Source: Gemmatimonadota bacterium (lineage in GTDB: Bacteria > Gemmatimonadota > Gemmatimonadetes > Palauibacterales > Palauibacteraceae). Taken from it: a stretch of DNA of 64,000 nucleotides. Position 1 is the first letter of the stretch. Each line of letters opens with the position of its first letter. Positions 45,641 to 54,148 of the stretch are shown here, piece after piece. The stretch covers positions 1 to 64,000 of the forward strand of contig JBDHAC010000007.1 of assembly GCA_039588275.1 (NCBI GenBank), written 5' to 3'. The translations under genes were made by a program, and so were the position numbers. Under the pieces are notes generated by a model. The model worked only from the letters and a program-made list of their open reading frames with translations. It was not told the origin of the DNA and ran no database searches.

Positions 45641-46324
45641 CTACAGACGCGTGGCGACGAGCGCGAGGGCCTCGGCCGCGTGGACCTCGAAGCCCCCCTC
45701 CCGTATGGCTTCGAGCACGTCCTCCGCCGGGTCGAACACGGCCAGGCGGCCACCGGGTGCCAGGACGCGCTCGGCTTCGGCGAGGCGCTCCGCCGATCCG
45801 CCGAGGAGCGCGATGCCGTGCAGCGCACGCGGCCGGAAAGGCCACGGGAGGCCGGACGCGCCGGCCATCGGTGTCACGCCGGCGAGGGGCTCGTGCGGTC
45901 GGGGCCGGGAGTCGCCTGGCGAATCCGCCGGCAGAAAGGACTCCGGCGCCAGAAACAGGATCTCGAGCCGTTCTCCCCAGCCCGCCACGGGCTCCGCGCA
46001 CGCGGCCAGTCCCTCGTCGAGGAGCAACCGCGCGCCGGCGCGTTCCTGGACCCCCAGAAGCGCTGCCACCTGCATCGCACGCTCGGGTGGACACGGGTGG
46101 GCGGAGGTCGCGGCGGATGCGGAGGGGCCCGGCTCGGCGGAATCGCTCGCTTCGCGGCGGAGATCGATGGCACCCCCGACGATGGGGTACTCCACCCCAC
46201 ACTGCGGGCACCCGAGGTGACCCTCGACTACGCGCCGGTCCTGCAGGTCGCCGACGAAGGCAACCAAACCCAGGGCGGCCTGGCAATCGGGACAGTCGAG
46301 CGCTTCGGCTAGCTCGATGAACAC
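45641..46324 (-). CDS. Trm112-like Zn-ribbon fused to a degenerate methyltransferase-like fold
   Basis: CPDC..EGHLGCPQCGVEYPIVGG; C-terminal LPWPF..EAERVLAPGGRL. Confidence 0.7.
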   Translation of the reverse strand: MFIELAEALDCPDCQAALGLVAFVGDLQDRRVVEGHLGCPQCGVEYPIVGGAIDLRREASDSAEPGPSASAATSAHPCPPERAMQVAALLGVQERAGARLLLDEGLAACAEPVAGWGERLEILFLAPESFLPADSPGDSRPRPHEPLAGVTPMAGASGLPWPFRPRALHGIALLGGSAERLAEAERVLAPGGRLAVFDPAEDVLEAIREGGFEVHAAEALALVATRL

Positions 46325-46344
46325 GCGCCTCGCTCGAGGCTGGG

Positions 46345-46926
46345 CTAGGAGATGAACTGCGGAGAGAGCACGAGCTGCATGAACTCCTCGCGCGTGCGTG
46401 GATCACTGCGGAACAGCCCGCGGACCGCGCTCGTGATGGTCTTGCTGTTCTGCTTCTGGACGCCGCGCATCATCATGCACAGGTGGTAGGCTTCGACGAC
46501 GACGCCCACACCCTGTGGCTGGAGCACATCCTCGAGCGCCTGCGCGATCTCCTCCGTGAGGCGTTCCTGCACCTGCAGCCGGCGCGCGAACACTTCCACG
46601 ACCCGCGGCAGCTTGCTGAGCCCGACGATCTTCCCATCCGGGATATATGCGACGTGCGCCTTTCCGAAGAAGGGAAGCATGTGGTGCTCGCACAGCGAGT
46701 ACAGCTCGATGTCCTTGACGATCACCATGCTGTCGTGCGCCTCGTCGTACACGGCGTCGCCGATCGCATCCTCCACCGACAGCCCGTAGCCGCGCGTGAG
46801 AAAGCCGAGCGAGCGGGAGACTCGCCCCGGCGTTTCGCGCAACCCTGCCCGGTTCGGGTCCTCGCCCAGGGCTTCGAGCTGCGCGCGCACGAGCTCCTCG
46901 AAAGGGACGTCCCGTTCTTCACTCAC
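46345..46926 (-). CDS. folE: GTP cyclohydrolase I
   Basis: [44 protein letters not shown]. Confidence 0.96.
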   Translation of the reverse strand: MSEERDVPFEELVRAQLEALGEDPNRAGLRETPGRVSRSLGFLTRGYGLSVEDAIGDAVYDEAHDSMVIVKDIELYSLCEHHMLPFFGKAHVAYIPDGKIVGLSKLPRVVEVFARRLQVQERLTEEIAQALEDVLQPQGVGVVVEAYHLCMMMRGVQKQNSKTITSAVRGLFRSDPRTREEFMQLVLSPQFIS

Positions 46927-46995
46927 CTCGATACTCCGCCATGTGGCGTGCCGCGTCGTGCGACTTCACCGACGCCGACTTGCCCACGTCCAGAG

Positions 46996-47028
46996 AAAAA
47001 AAAGGGGCGACCCTCTCGGGTCACCCCT
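46996..47028 (-). terminator. Intrinsic (Rho-independent) terminator
   Basis: Minus strand AGGGGTGACCC-GAGA-GGGTCGCCCCT followed by a T-tract. Confidence 0.88.
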
Positions 47029-47168
47029 ATGATTGAGACAGATGCGAGGGGTTTTTTGAAGCCCTTTTCCTAATAATCCCTAAGGAATTCGCCCCTCCTC
47101 CCCGTCGTACGCCGTCCCACTCGGGGCCTGACGCCGGCCGGAAGATCGGGAGCGTTATGGCGTCTGTT
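46996..47168 (-). ncRNA. Putative structured small RNA or folE leader (~170 nt)
   Basis: Bounded by a promoter-like element and a strong terminator; several predicted hairpins and a closing stem; no ORF; family not recognised. Confidence 0.5.
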
Positions 47169-47174
47169 GGTTCA

Positions 47175-47203
47175 AAAATACGCCTCACATCCGCTGCTCT
47201 GAA
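47175..47203 (-). promoter_or_regulatory. Putative sigma70 promoter TTCAGA-17-TATTTT
   Basis: -35 at 47203-47198, -10 at 47180-47175, exact 17-nt spacer. Confidence 0.5.
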
Positions 47204-47300
47204 CCTTACGCAGGGGGGCTGCCGCCGTCAATCCTCGCGCCATCCGGACCCGTCCGCGGACCACGCACATCGACCCCGGAGGTCGAACCCGGTGGCCGAC

Positions 47301-48068
47301 TTAGTGACCGCCGGCCGGAACCAGCATCAGACCGAGGATCATCACCGCGACGCCCAGCAGGAACGCGAGGGTATTGCGCCGGCGACCGCTCGCCTGGCCC
47401 TCGGGGAGGAGATCGGCGGCCCCCACGTACAGGAACGTCCCGCCCGACGCCGCCAGGAAGATCCCCAGGAGCATCGTGCTCGCGTCACGCAACAGCGCGT
47501 AGCTCACGACGACGGCGAGCGGCGTGATCAGAGCGACCCAGGTCGCGTAACGCGCGGCCTCCCGCCGCTCCAGGCCGCCGTGGTACAGCACGCTCATGGT
47601 GGCGATCCCCACCGGCAGCTTGTGCGATACGACGAGCGACAGGATCACCGCCCCTGTGAGGAAGCTCGCCGAAAAGCCCGCCCCCACCGCGAGCCCGTCC
47701 AGAAGCGAGTGGAGCGCGAGTCCGAGGATCGCGGCCCAGCCGACTTGGTCCGGGTGGTCGTGGTGGGCCTCGTCCTCCCCTTCCTCGGCGCGGGCGTGCG
47801 GGTGTGGGAGGAAATGGTTCTCGGCGATGTACAACAGGATGAACGCGCCCAGACCCCATGCCATCGACGCACTCGATCCGATCATTTCGCCGGCACGCGT
47901 CAGGAGGTGGAGCAACGAGCCCGCTACCAGCAGCCCGCTGGCAAACGTGATCAGCTCGGGGGTGTGCCGACGGGCCCATGCCTCGTGACCCCACATCAGC
48001 CACACGCCGACCAGGCCGGCGACGCCCGCGATCGCGGCGAAAAGGACTACGGCGGGCCAGGTGGGCAT
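47301..48068 (-). CDS. ZIP family metal transporter
   Basis: His-rich loop HPHA..HHDH, LHSLLDGLAVG, HKLPVG, GTFLYVGAADLLPE. Confidence 0.92.
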   Translation of the reverse strand: MPTWPAVVLFAAIAGVAGLVGVWLMWGHEAWARRHTPELITFASGLLVAGSLLHLLTRAGEMIGSSASMAWGLGAFILLYIAENHFLPHPHARAEEGEDEAHHDHPDQVGWAAILGLALHSLLDGLAVGAGFSASFLTGAVILSLVVSHKLPVGIATMSVLYHGGLERREAARYATWVALITPLAVVVSYALLRDASTMLLGIFLAASGGTFLYVGAADLLPEGQASGRRRNTLAFLLGVAVMILGLMLVPAGGH

Positions 48069-48130
48069 CGGGCTCCTCGTCTGCTCCAGGCGGGGGGAAG
48101 CGCCGCGTCGGGCGAGTGCCAGCGCGACTT

Positions 48131-48178
48131 GATTGCACGTAATCGCCTACAAACCCTACATTTCGCGCGATGTTAGGG
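48131..48178 (+). promoter_or_regulatory. Divergent control region with putative promoter TTGCAC-18-TACATT and two imperfect palindromes
   Basis: GATTGCACGTAATC (48131-48144); CCCTACAT..ATGTTAGGG (48154-48178); ATG at 48170 falls at the expected transcription start. Confidence 0.45.
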
Positions 48179-48523
48179 CAATATCCTTCCCTTTGGCCGG
48201 TGCTGTTGCGGAGGCCGGGCGTGGCGCTTCTGGCGCTCCTCTCGGTGGGCGTACCCGTCAGTCTCCCCCTCGTGGACGCGGGTGAGCGCGTCGATGGGGC
48301 GTTTGTCGAGTCCAGCCACGACCCGGCGACGTGTCTTCGGGTGCACGACCACGCGGCCTGCTCGCAGTTGCTCAAGTCGTTCGCGGGGCTGTGGCCCGCG
48401 TGGCTCACCCCGCTCCGCCCTGCTCGGGCTAGAGGACCACTGTCTACTTCCGGGAAGGCTCCGCCACTCCGACTCTGGCCCGTCTCCCACGCACCTCGCG
48501 CCCCTCCGGAGATCGCTCTCTGA
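48170..48523 (+). CDS. DUF2946-like upstream ORF with His/Cys motif and C-terminal RAPP motif
   Basis: Signal/TM segment, HDPATCLRVHDHAAC, Pro/Arg-rich linker, RAPP five codons before the stop; first gene of a metal uptake operon. Confidence 0.72.
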   Translation: MLGQYPSLWPVLLRRPGVALLALLSVGVPVSLPLVDAGERVDGAFVESSHDPATCLRVHDHAACSQLLKSFAGLWPAWLTPLRPARARGPLSTSGKAPPLRLWPVSHAPRAPPEIAL

Positions 48524-48637
48524 TTCGAAGGGTCCTATGACGGACCTGCGCATGGAGGAGCCTTCGCTTGATCCGTGCGTGACGCGCGCCCGTTGAAGCG
48601 CGTCTGACAGGAGCCAGACATCCTCGGAGGACCACAC

Positions 48638-50026
48638 ATGAAAGCCGATTATGCCAGGGCTGTGCGAGGCTCGCGCCGGGCCATCCTGGGTGTCGTCCTC
48701 GGCACCCTGGTGCCGGGCGTCCCGCTGGCCGCACAGGAGACCCGCGCCGATTCACTCGAGGCGCGTGTACGTCGCCTCGAAACGCTGGTCGATAGCCTGC
48801 TCGTCGAGTTGCGGCGCCAGCGAGCGGCGGAGGCGGGGCAAGCCGAGGCGGGGCAGGCGGAGGCGGCTCGACCGGAGGCGGATGAGCTCGCCGCCCTGCG
48901 AGCGGCGGCAGCAGCCGCGGCGGCGGAGGCGGCGCCCGCGGCCGCTATGGACACGGCAGGCGAAGCGGGTAGCCGCACGCGGAACCTGAACGTCCTCAAC
49001 CCGGAGATCAGCGTCTCCGGCGACGTGGTCGGCGGCTTCCTGTCGCCATCCGAGGAGGACGACCGTGGGACCGCGTTGCCGCGCGAGTTCGAGTTCTCGT
49101 TCCAGGCCGCGCTGGACCCCTTCACGCGGACCAAGATCTTCCTCAGCAGAGAGGAGGAGCTGGAGATCGCCGGGCTCGAAGCCGTCATCGAGGGGGGCGG
49201 CCTCGGCGACGGCGAAGGAGGAGAGGGTGGAGGAGGACACGGCTCCGGGCTCGATCTGGAGGAGGGATACCTGTACTGGGTGGGTCTTCCGGGCGCGATC
49301 GGACTGAAGGCCGGTCGGTTTCGTCAGGAGATGGGGCTGTACAACCGCTGGCATACCCACGCGCTTCTCGAGGTCGAGCGGCCATTGCCGATCGGCGCCT
49401 TTCTCGGCGATGACGGCCTGATCCAGACAGGCGCGTCCCTCACGCTCCCCAGCTTCCAGGTCGGGCCATCCACCCAGACCGTCACGTTCGAGACGGCGCT
49501 GGCCGACAACAAGCTGTTCGAAGGCGGCACGGACTTCTCGTACTCGGGGCGGGCTCAAAGCTTCGTTGACGTCTCGCCGAGCATGTATCTGCAGGTGGGA
49601 GCGAACGGAGTATACGGCCGAAACGACGACCTCGACCTCGATGCCACGTTGTTCGGGCTGGACGTGGCGTTTCGATGGGCGCCGCCGTCGCAGGCACGCT
49701 ACCGTGAGCTGAGGCTGAAGGGCGAGTGGTACTGGGCGGATCGCAACATCGGTCCCGAGAGCTTTTCGGGCAACGGGGGGTACGCCCAGGCCAGCTATCG
49801 TTGGGATCAGCGCTGGATCACCGGCTTCCGGGCCGATTGGCTGGACCACTTCGGAGACGACCCGACGGCCATTCAGCTGGTCCCGTCCGTTACCTGGTGG
49901 CAAAGCGAGTGGGTGCGACTGCGCCTCCAGTACCACTATTTGAAGCGCGCCGGCCTCGACGCCGACCATACGCTCCTGTTCCAGACCGTGTGGGCCGTCG
50001 GGCCGCACAAGCACGAGACCTACTAA
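48638..50026 (+). CDS. Outer-membrane beta-barrel, putative metal uptake porin/receptor
   Basis: Signal peptide, coiled coil, NPEISVSGD, REFEFSFQAALDPF, NRWHTH, alternating beta strands, C-terminal GPHKHETY. Confidence 0.8.
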   Translation: MKADYARAVRGSRRAILGVVLGTLVPGVPLAAQETRADSLEARVRRLETLVDSLLVELRRQRAAEAGQAEAGQAEAARPEADELAALRAAAAAAAAEAAPAAAMDTAGEAGSRTRNLNVLNPEISVSGDVVGGFLSPSEEDDRGTALPREFEFSFQAALDPFTRTKIFLSREEELEIAGLEAVIEGGGLGDGEGGEGGGGHGSGLDLEEGYLYWVGLPGAIGLKAGRFRQEMGLYNRWHTHALLEVERPLPIGAFLGDDGLIQTGASLTLPSFQVGPSTQTVTFETALADNKLFEGGTDFSYSGRAQSFVDVSPSMYLQVGANGVYGRNDDLDLDATLFGLDVAFRWAPPSQARYRELRLKGEWYWADRNIGPESFSGNGGYAQASYRWDQRWITGFRADWLDHFGDDPTAIQLVPSVTWWQSEWVRLRLQYHYLKRAGLDADHTLLFQTVWAVGPHKHETY

Positions 50027-50068
50027 GGCAGGTCGCTGACAGACCTGCCACCAGGAGAGACGCGGAGC

Positions 50069-51169
50069 ATGAGAGACACGATGACGAGACGGTTCACCGC
50101 TACGCGTTGGGCCGCCCTCGCAGTCCTCCTGACCTCGATCGAGCCCACTCCGCTCGGCGCCCAAGACAGACTCAACGTGGTCGCCACGCTCCCGACGTAC
50201 GCGGCGATCGCGCGCGAGATCGCGCGAGACCGGGCCGACGTGCGGGCCATAGCCCGAGGTGACGAGGATGCTCACTTCGTGAACCCGCGTCCGTCATTCG
50301 CGCGTCTGCTGCAATCCGCCGACCTGTTCATCTCGACGGGTCTGGACCTCGAGCTGTGGGTGCCGGGCCTGCTCGACCGCGCCAACAATCCGGACGTGTC
50401 CGAGGGAGGCCCCGGGCACGTCGTCGTCTACTCGGGGATCGAGCTGCTCGACATCCCCGCCTCCGTCTCACGATCGGGGGGCGACGTGCACGTGTTCGGC
50501 AACCCGCACATCCATACGGACCCGATCAACGGGATCCTCATCGGCCGGAATATCCTCGCGGGTCTGAAGCGGGTCGACCCGGACGGCTCCGCGACGTACG
50601 AGGCGAACGCGCGCGAATTCGAGGAGCGCGTCCTTCGCCGGCTGTTCGGCGATGAGCTGGTCGACATGCTGGGTGCCGGTGCCCTGTTCGGTCTAGCTCG
50701 CGCAGGCCAGTTTTGGAAGTTCGCGGAGGGCCAGGAGTTCGAGGGTCGACCTCTCGCGGAATACGTTGGCGGGTGGCTGGCGGAAGCCGAGCCCTTCCGC
50801 GGCGAGCGGATGGTGTGCTATCACAAGAACTGGGCATACTTCAGCGCGCGATTCCAGATCGAGTGCGCCATGTACGTAGAGCCCAAGCCGGGCATCCCGG
50901 CATCGCCGGGGCACGTGCGGGACGTGATCGCCTTCATGGAGGCCAACTCGATTCCGGTGCTGTTCGCCGCCAATTACTTCAGCCAGCGTCAGGTCGAGCT
51001 CGTGGCCGATCGAAGTGGCGCGCTGCCGCTGCGGATCCCGGAGCACGTGGACGGAGAGGAAGACGTGGATGATTACTTCGATCTGTTCGACGCGTGGATC
51101 CCCTGTCTGGCGGTGGCCTTCCAGCAGGGAGAGGGTGTGGCTCACCGCTGCCCGCGTCACCACCCATAG
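50069..51169 (+). CDS. Metal ABC transporter substrate-binding protein (ZnuA/cluster A-I)
   Basis: VVATLP, EDAHF, GLDLELW, GDVH..GNPHIH, YHKNWAYF, EPKPGIP. Confidence 0.9.
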   Translation: MRDTMTRRFTATRWAALAVLLTSIEPTPLGAQDRLNVVATLPTYAAIAREIARDRADVRAIARGDEDAHFVNPRPSFARLLQSADLFISTGLDLELWVPGLLDRANNPDVSEGGPGHVVVYSGIELLDIPASVSRSGGDVHVFGNPHIHTDPINGILIGRNILAGLKRVDPDGSATYEANAREFEERVLRRLFGDELVDMLGAGALFGLARAGQFWKFAEGQEFEGRPLAEYVGGWLAEAEPFRGERMVCYHKNWAYFSARFQIECAMYVEPKPGIPASPGHVRDVIAFMEANSIPVLFAANYFSQRQVELVADRSGALPLRIPEHVDGEEDVDDYFDLFDAWIPCLAVAFQQGEGVAHRCPRHHP

Positions 51170-51234
51170 CATGCCTGACGCTCTCCCTGCGGCCAGCGGC
51201 GCACTGCGCGTGACTGACGCGGCCTCCTGACGTC

Positions 51235-52065
51235 ATGCTCGAGTTCATGCTCGTGCCGCTCGTGGCGGCGCTCGTACTGGTCGGTATCCACGCGTACCTG
51301 GGCGTACACGTCATCGCGCGCGGCGTGATCTTCGTGGATCTGGCGCTGGCGCAGATGGCCGCTCTCGGGTACACGGGCGCGACGCTGGCCGGGATCGAGC
51401 CCGGATCCACGGGCGGGTACGTGATCGGCGTCGCCGCGACGCTCCTCGGAGCCTTGATCCTGAGCTTCACGCGCCTCGAGCACGAGTTCATCACCCAGGA
51501 GGCGCTCATCGGCGTCATGTACGTGACGGCGTCGGCCGCGACCATACTGCTCGCCGCGCAAGCGCCGCGCGGATCGGAGCACGTGGAAGAGCTGCTCACG
51601 GGCACGCTTCTGTGGGTCACGTGGTCCGACGTGCTCCGGATCGGCGCGATCTACCTCGTCCTGGGTCTGATCTACTGGGCGCTGCGGCGACGGTTCTTGA
51701 CGATTTCGCTACGGCCCGCGGAGGCGCTAAGCCACGGGTGGAAGCTCAGGTGGTGGGACTTCGTGTTCTACGGGCTGTTCGGCGCCGTGGTGACCGTCTC
51801 GGTCGCCGTCGCGGGCGTTCTGGTGGTGTTCACCTTCCTGGTGATGCCGGCGGTGATCGCATTCCTGTTCACGCGCCGCCCGGGTCCGTTACTCGGCATC
51901 GCGTGGGCGAGCGGGACCGCCGCGACGGTGGCGGGGTTGGCCTTATCGTTCCGCTACGACCTCCCGACCGGGCCCATGGTGGTGTGCGCATTCGCGCTCG
52001 CGCTCGTGCTCGCGTTCGTCGCCCGCGCGGTGACGGGCCGCTCGGGAAGTCCCGGACCCTCGTAG
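51235..52065 (+). CDS. Metal ABC transporter permease (ZnuB/ABC-3)
   Basis: HAYLGVHVIARGVIFVDLALAQ, EALIG, GVLVVFTFLVMPA, DLPTGP. Confidence 0.9.
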   Translation: MLEFMLVPLVAALVLVGIHAYLGVHVIARGVIFVDLALAQMAALGYTGATLAGIEPGSTGGYVIGVAATLLGALILSFTRLEHEFITQEALIGVMYVTASAATILLAAQAPRGSEHVEELLTGTLLWVTWSDVLRIGAIYLVLGLIYWALRRRFLTISLRPAEALSHGWKLRWWDFVFYGLFGAVVTVSVAVAGVLVVFTFLVMPAVIAFLFTRRPGPLLGIAWASGTAATVAGLALSFRYDLPTGPMVVCAFALALVLAFVARAVTGRSGSPGPS

Positions 52066-52119
52066 CCAGATCGCCGCAGGCTATCCGGCGATCGCCTGGT
52101 TACACAGCTATCCCGTGGG

Positions 52120-54069
52120 CTACCATGCGATGCCGTAGTCGTCGCCGTGGTGGCTCGAGCCACCCCAGAACGACCCGTGCTCCCAGTCGAAGAAGATCGC
52201 GTTGATGGGACCCGACGTCCGCTCGCGGAACGTGAGCGAGTAGCCCATCTCGCGGAGCGCCGACCGTACCCAGGGGGGGGTCGCCTCCTGCAGGAGCAAC
52301 CGCCCGGGCTGCGTCTCGTGATCTCCGAAAGAGCCTCGTAGCTGGTAGCTGTTGATGTTCGGGGCCTCCACGGCCTGCTGCACGTTCATCCCCCATTCGA
52401 CCACGTTGAGGAAGAACTGGAGCAGGTTCTGATCCTGCGAGTCGCCCCCCTGCACGGCGAAGGAGAGGAACGGCTTGCCGTCCTTGAGCGCCATGCCGGG
52501 GGTGAGCGTCGCGCGCGGGCGCTTGCCCGGCTCGACCACGTTGTAGGGGTTCTCGGCCGCGTCCAGCACGAAGCTCTGCGCTCGCTGCGAGAGCCCGATC
52601 CCGGTGCCGCCGGCGATCACCGCCGGGATCCAGCCTCCCGATGGCGTGATCGACACGACCCAACCCTCTTCATCGGCGGCCTGGATGGACGTCGTCCCGA
52701 GGTAGAAGTCCTCCTCGAGCTTACGGATGCGGGCCTCGTCGAGCATCGCCATCCCGGCGCCTTGCTCGGTCGTGACCGCGTCGCCCGTCCTACCCCATTG
52801 ATCCAGGTACTGTTTGAACGGATTCTCTTCGCCCTGGAACGGGTACGGATCTCCCGGGGCCGCGTCCGGATCGTTCTTCTCCCAATCGATCCCGTCCAGA
52901 CGCGCCTTCGCGTAGTCCTTCGAGAGGAGCCCGACGATGGGCTCTGCCGGCGGGTAGTAGGGGTCGCCGTAGTAGAAGTCACGATCGGCGAACGCCAGGT
53001 TCATGACTTGGTACAGCGCATGAATGTAGTTGGCGCTGTTGTACCCCATGGCTTCGAGGTCGAGCTGCTCGACCATGTTGAGCGCCTGCAGCATCACGGG
53101 ACCCTGCACCCAGGTCGTGAGCTTGTAGACCTCGATCCCCTTGTAATCGGTGCTGACGGGCTCCTCGAGGTGGACCTGCCAGTTCCCCAGGTCTTCCATC
53201 GTGATCAGGGCAGCGGCCTCGCGCGCGCCGCGAACGAAGTCCTCGCCGATGTCGCCACGGTAAAACGCATCGTAGGCCGCGTAGATCGCTTCCTCACGGG
53301 ATTGTCCGGCCTCGAGCGCCCCGGCCTCGGCGGCGACCAGCCTCTCGAGCGTTCGCTTGAGATCCGGCTGCCGGAAGATCTCGCCCACGCGCGGGGCCGG
53401 ATCTTCCTCGTCGTCGGGGTGCGTCAGGTAAACCTCAATGGACGAGGGCCACTGTCGAATCTCGTCCAACGCACCGCGGATTCGACGCACGGGATCGGCC
53501 TCGATCGGGTAACCTTCCGCCATCTCGATGGCGGGCTGCAGCACGTCGGCGAGGCTCAGGGTGCCCCACTCGGCGAGCATGGTCATCAGCCCGCCGGGCG
53601 TGCCGGGTGTTACCGCCGACAACGGACCATACTGAGGCGGATACCGCTCATGGCCCTCGGACCGGTAGCGCTCCGGCGTCGCGCCGCTGGGGGCCACGCC
53701 AAGCGCGTTCACCCCGATCACCTTGCCGGTGTTCGGGTTGTAGACCAGCGCCTGCGTCTCGCCGCCCCAACTGAGCACGTCCCACATCGTGGCTGTGGCC
53801 GCGAGCATGGCCGCCGCCGCGTCCACAGCGTTCCCACCCTGGTGGAACATGCGAGCCCCCGCCGTAGCCCCCAGGGGCTTGCCGGTTATCGCCACCCAAT
53901 GAGATCCGTGCAGGACAGGCTTTGCCGTTTGCTGCGCGGTCAGTGGCAGTGCGGTTACCGTCGCGAGGGACGCTGCCAGGACGACGGACGCTCCGAGCCG
54001 CCCGGGGCTCCCCGAAGTCGGCCGAGTGTGGATGCGTCGTGAACCGAGGGATCGTGGCGCGCGGGTCAT
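52120..54069 (-). CDS. ggt: Gamma-glutamyltransferase family protein
   Basis: GGNAVDAA, TPG..G, AFADRD.YYGDP, GTTSIQAAD (Thr nucleophile), PGKRPRATLTP, GGDSQDQ. Confidence 0.9.
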   Translation of the reverse strand: MTRAPRSLGSRRIHTRPTSGSPGRLGASVVLAASLATVTALPLTAQQTAKPVLHGSHWVAITGKPLGATAGARMFHQGGNAVDAAAAMLAATATMWDVLSWGGETQALVYNPNTGKVIGVNALGVAPSGATPERYRSEGHERYPPQYGPLSAVTPGTPGGLMTMLAEWGTLSLADVLQPAIEMAEGYPIEADPVRRIRGALDEIRQWPSSIEVYLTHPDDEEDPAPRVGEIFRQPDLKRTLERLVAAEAGALEAGQSREEAIYAAYDAFYRGDIGEDFVRGAREAAALITMEDLGNWQVHLEEPVSTDYKGIEVYKLTTWVQGPVMLQALNMVEQLDLEAMGYNSANYIHALYQVMNLAFADRDFYYGDPYYPPAEPIVGLLSKDYAKARLDGIDWEKNDPDAAPGDPYPFQGEENPFKQYLDQWGRTGDAVTTEQGAGMAMLDEARIRKLEEDFYLGTTSIQAADEEGWVVSITPSGGWIPAVIAGGTGIGLSQRAQSFVLDAAENPYNVVEPGKRPRATLTPGMALKDGKPFLSFAVQGGDSQDQNLLQFFLNVVEWGMNVQQAVEAPNINSYQLRGSFGDHETQPGRLLLQEATPPWVRSALREMGYSLTFRERTSGPINAIFFDWEHGSFWGGSSHHGDDYGIAW

Positions 54070-54148
54070 GGGTCACTCCTGTGGCTACGGCGGGTGAGGG
54101 CGAAATGTCGTGGCCGCCCGATGTCTCGGCAACCGTCGGCTGTCTGGC

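Noticed and set aside
47108..47136. SRP (4.5S) RNA resemblance, TCAGGCCCCGAGTGGGACGGC on the minus strand
   Set aside because: Lacks the GNRA tetraloop and the AGCAG of SRP helix 8; kept only as an unidentified RNA
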